Assembly: GCA_964402425.1 (NCBI GenBank)
Contig: CAYOCD010000001.1
Span: forward strand, 82,934 to 146,933
Origin: an uncultured Gammaproteobacteria bacterium
GTDB taxonomy: Bacteria; Patescibacteriota; Patescibacteriia; UBA9934; GWF2-40-263
Length of the DNA: 64,000 nucleotides
Direction of reading: 5' to 3'
Part shown: one piece after another, positions 56,947 through 64,000 of the stretch
Position numbering within the stretch: position 1 is the first letter of the stretch
Layout of the letters: each line of letters starts with the position of its first letter
Made by a program: the position numbers and the translations under genes
Notes under the pieces: generated by a model
What the model saw: only the letters and a program-made list of their open reading frames with translations
Databases searched by the model: none
What the model was told of the DNA's origin: nothing

Positions 56947-57714
56947 TATCTGATTCAATACCGCCGTTGTGACAAAAAACAACGCCACAACAACTCCCAT
57001 ATTCATAAATCCACCCATGATTTTCTGTTCCGCTTTATCTCTTACAACATCTCGTGCGGACCCAACAGTCATTTCAATCCCACCACGAATAATTTCAATG
57101 ATAGAAAAAAGTCCGGCGAACAAGAACATGACACGCACAAGACGAATCCCCATTTCAAGATATGGCAAATACGAATAGGTTCCGAATTCTGGCAATGTTA
57201 TCATGCCGATTTCCGCATGCGCAGAAGAGACGACTATCGTATTTACCAAAACAGCAAAGATAAACACTCCAAGCAACTTCTCAACGAGTCCTTTCACACG
57301 TGTACCGTCAGCACGCCCTGCAACGGCCTTCATGACAAATCCCATCGCCTTGCCCATGTCCGCTTTTGATGCAGCTCCCGATTGCAAAACAGCTTCACGA
57401 ACCACCATTTCAAGATCGGCATCAGACAATTCTGCTGGCATGTATTTTTTTAACACTTCAAGCTCAAGTTTATTCCCTTCTGCAAGATCGGCTCGTCCGC
57501 CAGCCTCAAACTGATCAATCGCTTCTTTCAATTGTTTTGCCTGAGACTTAATCACATCCGATACCTCCGCATCCGTAAGCGGACGCATAAGATCAATCTC
57601 TTTATTTTTAAGAGCAGACTTAAGCATGCGAAGTGTGGAAAGTGTTGATTCGTCTTTTGCACGCATGGCGTCTTTAAGGTCTGAACCGATTTGTTCAAGA
57701 AGAGTCATAGACAA
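56941..57714 (-). CDS. yqeY: GatB/YqeY-domain protein (N-terminal 150 aa) fused in frame to a C-terminal signal-peptide-like segment plus a third copy of the two-helix hairpin domain. Possibly two genes sharing a frame (internal GTG start).
   Basis: YqeY pattern LKDAMRAKDESTLSTLRMLKSALKNKEIDL...LTDAEVSDVIKSQAKQLKEAIDQFEAGGRADLAEGNKLELEVLKKYMP. The tail LLGVFIFAVLVNTIVVSSAHAEIG...IRLVRVMFLFAGLFSIIEIIRGGIEMTVGSARDVVRDKAEQKIMGGFMNMGVVVALFFV aligns with the N-termini of 54827..56737 and 45163..54816. Confidence 0.6.
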   Translation of the reverse strand: MSMTLLEQIGSDLKDAMRAKDESTLSTLRMLKSALKNKEIDLMRPLTDAEVSDVIKSQAKQLKEAIDQFEAGGRADLAEGNKLELEVLKKYMPAELSDADLEMVVREAVLQSGAASKADMGKAMGFVMKAVAGRADGTRVKGLVEKLLGVFIFAVLVNTIVVSSAHAEIGMITLPEFGTYSYLPYLEMGIRLVRVMFLFAGLFSIIEIIRGGIEMTVGSARDVVRDKAEQKIMGGFMNMGVVVALFFVTTAVLNQIS

Positions 57715-57764
57715 ATTATTATAAACGAAAAAGAGGGGCGGATAAACCGCTCCCTCATTTTACC

Positions 57765-58007
57765 CTATCTGCGTTTCTGTGTACGAGGTTCATCCACAAG
57801 CTGTCCGATACGTGCCAAGTATTCGCGCTTATCGCGAATTTCAAGACGACGAATCGCACTTACTTTTTGTTTGTTTTTGGTTGGTGCTGGGATATAAGAA
57901 CGGAGCTTGCGTGCTTCAAGCGCGTTTCCAGACTGCTGGAGACGACGAGAGTAGCGACGGAGCAAACTTTCGAAACTTTCACCTTTGCGACGTTTAACAT
58001 CTACCAC
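57765..58007 (-). CDS. rpsU: 30S ribosomal protein S21.
   Basis: MVDVKRRKGESFESLLRRYSRRLQQSGNALEARKLRSYIPAPTKNKQK, basic, 80 aa. Immediately upstream of yqeY, as in Firmicutes. Confidence 0.7.
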   Translation of the reverse strand: MVDVKRRKGESFESLLRRYSRRLQQSGNALEARKLRSYIPAPTKNKQKVSAIRRLEIRDKREYLARIGQLVDEPRTQKRR

Positions 58008-58119
58008 AAATTTTTCACTTCCTTTCAGTGGTTACGAATAATGGCGAAATAATACAGAAAATAGGCGAATGCGTCAAGAACCTCAAACCTGTCTACAAAC
58101 AAGAGGATCTTAACGAATT

Positions 58120-58650
58120 TTAGCGAGATGCTGTAATCGTTGTGGTTGTAGCAGCTTCAGATTCACAGGCTGTAACGGTTGCGATTCCATTTGAATCAAC
58201 GGAGAGTGCGTATCCTGTTCCTTTTGAGGATCCGCTATCCCAAGTTGTTGCACCTTTTGGACTAATTGGAACGCTCTTCAAGTATCCTCCCGAAACAAGA
58301 CCAGTCAAATCTACACAGTTACCGGTTGCTGCGATTGTTGCGTCACATGTTGAATTACAACCAGACGCCATCGGTTCTCCTGTAATCATGTAATTTGTTC
58401 CGGCTGTTAATGCTGCAACAGAAGCAAGATACGATCCCCCATTATCAACTTGCTGCAATTTAATAGCCGATAAAACTTCTTGCACGGCATTTTGTCTCAC
58501 AGAATCACGAGCTTGTTGAAAACGTGCTGCTGGATTTAACGCCACAAAAATAACCCCGACCAAAACTCCCACAATAGCAATAACAACAAGAAGCTCGATT
58601 AAGGTAAACCCTTCATTTGAACGCATGACGGACACTTTTTGAGTATTCAT
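58120..58650 (-). CDS. Type IV pilin / pseudopilin (class III signal, N-methylation motif).
   Basis: SNEGFTLIELLVVIAIVGVLVGVIFVAL matches G|FTLIEL with E+5. Confidence 0.75.
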   Translation of the reverse strand: MNTQKVSVMRSNEGFTLIELLVVIAIVGVLVGVIFVALNPAARFQQARDSVRQNAVQEVLSAIKLQQVDNGGSYLASVAALTAGTNYMITGEPMASGCNSTCDATIAATGNCVDLTGLVSGGYLKSVPISPKGATTWDSGSSKGTGYALSVDSNGIATVTACESEAATTTTITASR

Positions 58651-59642
58651 ACTGACACATTAAAAAAATTATGTTGAGAGATATATGTATGAGGCTGCGC
58701 CGCACGAAGCCCCGCACCAATGGACGCCGCAAAAATCTGACATTCGGTTTTTTTCATTTTTGAATGTTTTAACAAGTCTCCTGCGTATGAGGGAGAAATC
58801 TGCGGAAGACGTGTTTTGATTGCTTGAACCATGTTTGCCGTCCGCGCCTCTGTTCCGGCAAGCAAAAACAGATTCACAAAATAATTCTGCGACTGGAAGT
58901 ATAACACGGCTCCTTCTGTTATCCCAATCAAACTATCCACAATCTCATCCAAAAGCTCACCCGGAATATTTGCAGAAATGTTCTGTTGTTTATAAGAAAT
59001 TGTACGAGAAAATAGACGCGATCCGTTTTGTGTACAAAATGAAAGTGTAGCCCATGCATGTCCAATATCTAAAACGCCGTCACACATTTTTTGATCACGT
59101 TTTTTGACAGCCGTTTTCTGAAACACGTGCTTTAAACGAAAAATAGATTGGATATTTGATTCAATCGCCATGAGATGCAACCCAGTTTCAACAAAACTTG
59201 TTTCAATCCCCTGAACAACAGGTGCATCAACAGCATAAACGGTTGTCTGTACCTCTTGCGATTCTTTTTCTCCAAACGAAACATCTATACGAGCAGATTC
59301 AAAATTCAACGGAATTTCTTTTTGCGCACGCACGTGCGCCAACTCTTCCAACTCTTCTTTTTTTAATGTGGCATCTGATAAAAACGAATGAGAAAATACG
59401 CGCGATTCTGGAATCAAACAAACCGTGCGCATGTGCTTTGTTGAAAGCCCCATTTCAGATACGGTTTTTTTCACAATAGCCTGAAAGGCTTTTGTATCCA
59501 CAATCTGTTCATCAAGCACAATCCCTTCATCTAAAACAACTTCCTTACACTGAAGAACATGACCAAAAAGACCAACATGTGCAAAACGCACATGGTGTTC
59601 GGAAAAATCAATGCCTATTCCTGAAAAATATTTTTCAAACAT
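58647..59642 (-). CDS. PilM-like type IV pilus assembly protein (actin-like fold, no TM).
   Basis: N-terminal GIGIDFSEHHVRFAHV resembles the PilM/FtsA phosphate-1 motif. 331 aa. Embedded among pilin genes with 4-nt overlaps. Confidence 0.4.
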   Translation of the reverse strand: MFEKYFSGIGIDFSEHHVRFAHVGLFGHVLQCKEVVLDEGIVLDEQIVDTKAFQAIVKKTVSEMGLSTKHMRTVCLIPESRVFSHSFLSDATLKKEELEELAHVRAQKEIPLNFESARIDVSFGEKESQEVQTTVYAVDAPVVQGIETSFVETGLHLMAIESNIQSIFRLKHVFQKTAVKKRDQKMCDGVLDIGHAWATLSFCTQNGSRLFSRTISYKQQNISANIPGELLDEIVDSLIGITEGAVLYFQSQNYFVNLFLLAGTEARTANMVQAIKTRLPQISPSYAGDLLKHSKMKKTECQIFAASIGAGLRAAQPHTYISQHNFFNVSV

Positions 59643-59645
59643 ACG

Positions 59646-60047
59646 TTAATCAACTTCTTGCCAACTCGTTAATGTAACAAGCGAACCTGATTTTACAAGA
59701 GTTGTTTGCAAACGCCGCGTATATGGCCCTGTAACGGATGAAATATTTACCGTACAGCTCCCGCAAGGAGTTCCCTGAACCACAATTGTACAAACAGCAT
59801 TTCCAACAGGAAGAGTGCCGCCATTATAACTTGCATTTCGTTTAATGCGAAGGATGGCTTCTTCTGCACAACTCTCGGCAGACATAATCGATTCAGTACT
59901 TCGCCATTCAGAATACCCTGTCTCTAAATCATCCACTCCAAAAAACATCACTCCACCCAACATCAGTGAAATAATAGCAAGAACAATCATCACAACAATG
60001 AGTCCAGCTGATCCAGTTTGATTAGAGCGAAGAGATGACAACATACT
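59646..60047 (-). CDS. Pilin-like protein with a degenerate prepilin signal (NQTGSAGLIVVMIVLAIISL; lacks F+1 and E+5). Likely start MLSSLRSNQ at 60047.
   Basis: The listed ORF 59646..60140 overlaps the upstream gene by 94 nt. The internal ATG at 60047 removes the overlap and yields a leader paralogous to MRNQKGFTLFE of the neighbour. Confidence 0.4.
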   Translation of the reverse strand, partial: SMLSSLRSNQTGSAGLIVVMIVLAIISLMLGGVMFFGVDDLETGYSEWRSTESIMSAESCAEEAILRIKRNASYNGGTLPVGNAVCTIVVQGTPCGSCTVNISSVTGPYTRRLQTTLVKSGSLVTLTSWQEVD

Positions 60048-60568
60048 CAAGGGAGAGGTGGAATGCGAAATGAGGACTGAAATGATTTTGTTGCAGAATA
60101 AAAGGGGGTATTCGATGGGTTGAGCGTAGATAAATCCCATTCTGCCCGTACAACCCCTTTATCTTTTACTGTTGTAAGATTTGTAAACACAAGATTTGTC
60201 ACAGAAATCTTTGCGGTTGTTAGAGAAACAAACGCACCCCCTTGTTCACTCACTTCAAGTGTGCCGTTATCTTGATTAAGCCTGAATACGGTTGGATTTT
60301 TAAGAGGGTCAATCATTTCAAGCGAAAGAACACCTGGATCCGTCCCAAAAACAGAAGATCCAACTTGGATGGATTTTGCATGGCGCACAGCGTCTGAAAG
60401 ACGTTCTTCAAACAAACGTGAGGAATGCATAATTTCTGATTGTGCTTGGATTTTTACTCGTGCATTCATGAGCTGCATGACAAAGGAAGATAGGGTTACC
60501 AAAATAAACCCAATGAGGGATACGTATAAAATGGCTTCAAATAATGTAAACCCTTTTTGATTACGCAT
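60047..60568 (-). CDS. Type IV pseudopilin (prepilin motif KGFTLFEAILYVSLIG).
   Basis: MRNQKG|FTLFE with E+5. Confidence 0.7.
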   Translation of the reverse strand: MRNQKGFTLFEAILYVSLIGFILVTLSSFVMQLMNARVKIQAQSEIMHSSRLFEERLSDAVRHAKSIQVGSSVFGTDPGVLSLEMIDPLKNPTVFRLNQDNGTLEVSEQGGAFVSLTTAKISVTNLVFTNLTTVKDKGVVRAEWDLSTLNPSNTPFYSATKSFQSSFRIPPLP

Positions 60569-60569
60569 A

Positions 60570-63407
60570 TTACGGAGAATAAGAGGCGCTCACATCTAAC
60601 AGACTTGGTGCGTTTGATCCATCACCAGATAAAATAGCCTGAAATTGGATCCAGCGTTTTCCTGTTGCCGCAGGGTCTGTCACCACAGCTGTTCCTGAAA
60701 CGGTATAATGTGAGGCAGATGTTCCGAGTGGACCAACCCATTTTGCTGTTTGAAGATTCGCTTCTGAATCCGCTGTCCGGATCATGAACTCAACCGTTCC
60801 CGTTCCAGACGTGGTCCATTCAAGCGAATCCCATGTAGCAACAGACGTTGCATCATACGCCTGAGAAGTAAAAATAGCTTCATGTGCATAATTTGGAAGT
60901 GTGAGGGGTCCCAAAATCTGAAGTGTTTGTGTTGTACTAGATGTAACCACGAAAACAGTTGATCCTTTATCGATAATTTCAACCCCACTTGATCCTAAAT
61001 TTTCTATTGAAACAAGAAGGGGGCTTGCGGGATTTGAAATATCCCATCGTTGATACTGTGCACCTGTTTGTGCCGTTGCTACCTGTAACGCACTACTATC
61101 TGTTTGCGAAAGTCCGACAACATCCCCTGTCGTTTGTGCTGATCCAAGCAAAGAAGGAGTCGCAGAGGTAATGTTCAACAGCGAAATCTCTGGATCCGTA
61201 CCATTTAATCGTCCCAAAGCAAGCGTAGAAGAATAAATCGAAATAGCCGCACCATCTTGGTTTCCAGAAGCATTATAAAGGGAAAGTACGGAGGGTGCGG
61301 AAGGTGTCGCAATATTTACAATGGCTATTTCCCCTGAATTGTTTGTAGATGCAGCATATAATCTTGTGGAATAAATACCGAGATCTAAGATATTTCCTGT
61401 TAAGTTCACACTCCCAATAACAGATGGCGTAGCTGGGTTTGTGATATTCACAACATACATCTCTGGACTTGAACTTGTATTGACCCCCACATACAAGTTT
61501 GTTCCTGATAAAGCCAGAGCGTTAGCCGCTTGTGAACCGGAAAGATTAACGCTTGATATCAGTGTTGGTGCCGCCTTATTTGTGATATTCAAAATTCTCA
61601 CTTCAGAAGATGTATTTGCTGTTGCAAGATAGGCATAATTTCCGCTTACAATAATACGATTAACCGATGATCCAACCAGATACGACCCAACATACGTCGG
61701 CGTGCTTGGATTTGAGATATTATAAATCGTAAATTCAGGTTTTGAACTTCCCGATGTTGTTCCAACGTATGCGTAAATACCATCCACAAACAAAGCAGAA
61801 CCTGGGCGAGGATTACTTTGGTTTATTGTGCTCGACACCTGCGGATTACTCCACCCTGCGTTTATCACGCCATACACAAGTATTTCCGAACTGTTGTCAT
61901 CGCTTCCGAAATAAACATTTGTTCCGTAAATAGCCGCAACTTTTCCACCTCCGGCAACCGAAGCATCTATTGTCTGATAAAGAGCGAGGGTTGCAGGATC
62001 CACAAGCACAAGTTCATTTGTCAAACCACTCGTTGCAAGCGCAAGGGTTGTTTTTTGTTTATTAAAGGATATTTTATTTACAGATGAACCAAGCTCAAGT
62101 CCACTCAATGTTGGCATACCGTTTTCAGGCATAGAGCCATCCAATCGCACAAATTCAACACCCGCCCCAGACGCACGACCAACAAAGATCGTCGTTCCAT
62201 CTACGGCAACAGAAAGAGCGTCTGTTGCCGTAGGCATATCAAGCGTATTCAAAATCGACATTGTTAATGCCTGTATCGCTGTAAGCTCTGCCGAATTTGC
62301 ATTTGATACAACAAAGACATGTTGATGATTCAATGCAATACTCGTTACATCATATCCAAGCTCCGTACTTCCAATAAGCGCAGGAGTGACTGGATTTGTT
62401 ATGTCATAATAAAACACCTCTTGTGTACTCACACTGCTCATACGCCCAATCACGAGCCAGTTTCCATTCAGAGCTAAAGCTGTTGCCTTTGCATTTTGCG
62501 GAAGATCGATCGTTGCGACCGTAGCCATGGTAAATAAATCCACGACCACAATTTCCGCTCCTTCTGAACCATCATCATCCGCTGACACAATGACATAATC
62601 CCCTTTGACAACAAAACTTGTTCCTTGCGTTATGTTTTTTCCTCGTAACAAGACAGGTGCTGCATTTGAAATATTTGAAGCATCATAAACCTGCAGTTCA
62701 TTTCCAGTAGTTGAGTCTTGTAATGTAATGAGTACATTATGCGATTCATCAAAAAACATGTCGATCATGTCACCAGATCCATTTGCGTTTATACCGAATC
62801 GTGATCCTATGCTATTCCAGTTTGCACTTGCCGGAGCAAGAGTCACCTCCCCTCCGGAAATTGTTGTTGCGACAGAACCGTTATTGATTCCCGCGCTAAA
62901 ATCTGCAAGGAGTGTTTGTACCCACGCCAAAGAAGTCCAGTTTGTAATGTAAAAAACGGAAGTCAAACTTTTTACCTTTGATGCAAACAGTGTCCAAATA
63001 ACGTTGATAGATACTTTTTTTGTTTTTGTATCCAAAACACCCGTAGGGGCGATGTCCCCCGTTAAACTTCCGTTTCTATAAACATCCTCAACCATCACCG
63101 TTCGTGTAAATCCACCAGGTAAAGATTCAGACGTGCCGCTAAATTCAAATTTGGATCCGTTTGTTGTGAGTCCATGTGCACCATTTGTGACATTTGCCCA
63201 TGCTTGATCACGAATAGATCTCACAGCTTCCAACCCTTCCCCCATGTACCCACGCGCAACAATATAATCACCCCCCTGTTTTGAGGAATGCAATCCGGAA
63301 AGAAGCGTGGAAACAATTCCTGTTCCGATAACCGCAAAAAGACCGGTGATCAAAATGATCTCGATCATGGACTCTCCTTTTTGATTATTCAATCTTGCCC
63401 GCAGCAT
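60570..63407 (-). CDS. Large pilin-like protein (945 aa): prepilin N-terminus (NNQKG|ESMIEIILITGLFAVIG) fused to a beta-propeller of at least 8 LVIVD-like repeats. Candidate pilus tip adhesin.
   Basis: Repeats YDITNPVTPALIGSTELG, VNITNPATPSVIGSVNLTGN, VNIATPSAPSVLSLYNASGN, LNITNKAAPTLISSVNLSGS, YNISNPSTPTYVGSYLVGSS, WDISNPASPLLVSIENLGSS, each followed by YA..A or VAT hydrophobic strands. Confidence 0.6.
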   Translation of the reverse strand: MLRARLNNQKGESMIEIILITGLFAVIGTGIVSTLLSGLHSSKQGGDYIVARGYMGEGLEAVRSIRDQAWANVTNGAHGLTTNGSKFEFSGTSESLPGGFTRTVMVEDVYRNGSLTGDIAPTGVLDTKTKKVSINVIWTLFASKVKSLTSVFYITNWTSLAWVQTLLADFSAGINNGSVATTISGGEVTLAPASANWNSIGSRFGINANGSGDMIDMFFDESHNVLITLQDSTTGNELQVYDASNISNAAPVLLRGKNITQGTSFVVKGDYVIVSADDDGSEGAEIVVVDLFTMATVATIDLPQNAKATALALNGNWLVIGRMSSVSTQEVFYYDITNPVTPALIGSTELGYDVTSIALNHQHVFVVSNANSAELTAIQALTMSILNTLDMPTATDALSVAVDGTTIFVGRASGAGVEFVRLDGSMPENGMPTLSGLELGSSVNKISFNKQKTTLALATSGLTNELVLVDPATLALYQTIDASVAGGGKVAAIYGTNVYFGSDDNSSEILVYGVINAGWSNPQVSSTINQSNPRPGSALFVDGIYAYVGTTSGSSKPEFTIYNISNPSTPTYVGSYLVGSSVNRIIVSGNYAYLATANTSSEVRILNITNKAAPTLISSVNLSGSQAANALALSGTNLYVGVNTSSSPEMYVVNITNPATPSVIGSVNLTGNILDLGIYSTRLYAASTNNSGEIAIVNIATPSAPSVLSLYNASGNQDGAAISIYSSTLALGRLNGTDPEISLLNITSATPSLLGSAQTTGDVVGLSQTDSSALQVATAQTGAQYQRWDISNPASPLLVSIENLGSSGVEIIDKGSTVFVVTSSTTQTLQILGPLTLPNYAHEAIFTSQAYDATSVATWDSLEWTTSGTGTVEFMIRTADSEANLQTAKWVGPLGTSASHYTVSGTAVVTDPAATGKRWIQFQAILSGDGSNAPSLLDVSASYSP

Positions 63408-63819
63408 TCAGGTTTAAAGTTATGGTTTTACCCGTTGATCCTTGTGTAAGAACAATATCACCTGTTGTACTTGGAGTTCCTGTGCGTGCCGAAAACAGCA
63501 CTTCCGTAAGCCCCGATAATACCAGATCTTCCGGAAAAGAATGTGCTTGATCAAGTGCTGTCACACGTGCCGCATACGTATCCCCTGCAAACAAGACCAT
63601 CTGCGAAGCATTAAACTTAACCCCCCATGTTTCATCTTTTGTTCCTGTAATTGCTTTACTTTGCGCCCGACGAACGGTTTGTAAAACAATGGCGGATTCT
63701 ATGGAAAGTTGCGTGCGTGGAAACGCAGCAACAGACAAAGACCCAACGATTGAAAATAAAATCGCTGAAATGGTAAGAACGATAATCAACTCAATAAGGG
63801 TAAAACCTTTTTGATTCAT
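63385..63819 (-). CDS. Type IV pilin/pseudopilin (GspH-like). Start MNQKGFTLIEL at 63819; the listed ORF extends 34 codons upstream.
   Basis: MNQKG|FTLIELIIVLTISAILFSIVG. The stop of the pilC fragment lies 1 nt upstream. Confidence 0.7.
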   Translation of the reverse strand: MNQKGFTLIELIIVLTISAILFSIVGSLSVAAFPRTQLSIESAIVLQTVRRAQSKAITGTKDETWGVKFNASQMVLFAGDTYAARVTALDQAHSFPEDLVLSGLTEVLFSARTGTPSTTGDIVLTQGSTGKTITLNLNAAGKIE

Positions 63820-63821
63820 AC

Positions 63822-64000
63822 TAAGCTGTAAGTCCGTTTGTGATGGAATAAATTGGAGTGAAAATGGCAAGGGCAATAAATCCCACACACAATCCAACAA
63901 ACAAAAGCAACAAAGGCTCAATAATACTCGAAATATTCTTTGCTTGAATTTCTACCTTTTGTTCATAAAATCGAGCAAGATACAAAAGGGCCTTACTCAG
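63822..64000 (-). CDS. pilC: C-terminal fragment of the type IV pilus / T2SS platform protein PilC/GspF (N-terminus outside the window).
   Basis: Manual translation of the minus strand 64000..63822: ...LSKALLYLARFYEQKVEIQAKNISSIIEPLLLLFVGLCVGFIALAIFTPIYSITNGLTA-stop matches the conserved GspF C-terminal helix. Confidence 0.55.

Noticed and set aside
56941-57714. Treating the YqeY ORF simply as a 257-aa single-domain protein
   Set aside because: Standalone YqeY proteins are about 150 aa. The last 110 aa are a clear copy of the two-helix domain with their own signal-like segment. It is kept as one feature but flagged as a fusion or nested gene, not a plain yqeY.

Overview
This 64-kb window is gene-dense, mostly minus-strand bacterial DNA of moderate-to-low G+C. 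The gene content is consistent with, but does not prove, an uncultivated small-genome lineage such as Patescibacteria/CPR: many type IV pilins, small hypothetical membrane proteins and a minimal housekeeping set. No transposase, integrase or CRISPR array was seen.

Recognisable core genes: an ECF sigma factor with a putative anti-sigma partner, two GT4 glycosyltransferases, an O-antigen-ligase-like protein, Fur, a ParA/MinD-type ATPase, an HExxH metallopeptidase, a Wzz-like protein, an AI-2E transporter, tmRNA with smpB nearby, infC-rpmI-rplT, tRNA-Asp(GTC), an RsuA/RluB-like pseudouridine synthase, pyruvate kinase, HtrA, nrdR, ftsZ, ftsA, dgkA, ybeY, rpsU, a GatB/YqeY-domain gene, and a type IV pilus cluster (pilC fragment, pilM-like, 5-6 prepilin genes).

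Accessory content:
1. A family of at least nine GA-rich palindromic (REP/MITE-like) intergenic repeats. One full-length copy carries a four-helix-bundle (23S-IVS-type) protein gene as cargo.
2. A G+C-richer island of about 9 kb (13.9-23 kb) holding five tandem Cys/Asp-rich repeat lipoproteins (MopE-like CDxxDNDCDGxxDE repeats), each separated by those repeat elements.
3. A module of about 14.6 kb inserted between yqeY and ybeY, in what looks like a conserved rpsU-yqeY...ybeY-dgkA operon. It encodes a 3217-aa cysteine-rich surface protein, a 636-aa paralog, three paralogous membrane proteins with Ca-binding-like DxDxDG repeats, and three copies of a two-helix membrane hairpin domain. One of those copies is fused in frame to YqeY.
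4. Two unrelated secreted proteins ending in the identical C-terminal heptapeptide SRCGACP.
5. An HtrA paralog whose catalytic His and Ser appear to be substituted.
6. A pilin fused to LVIVD-like beta-propeller repeats.
7. ftsA and ftsZ separated by an opposite-strand gene and flanked by the repeat elements.

All calls rest on reading the provided ORF translations and the raw sequence by eye. No database search was run.
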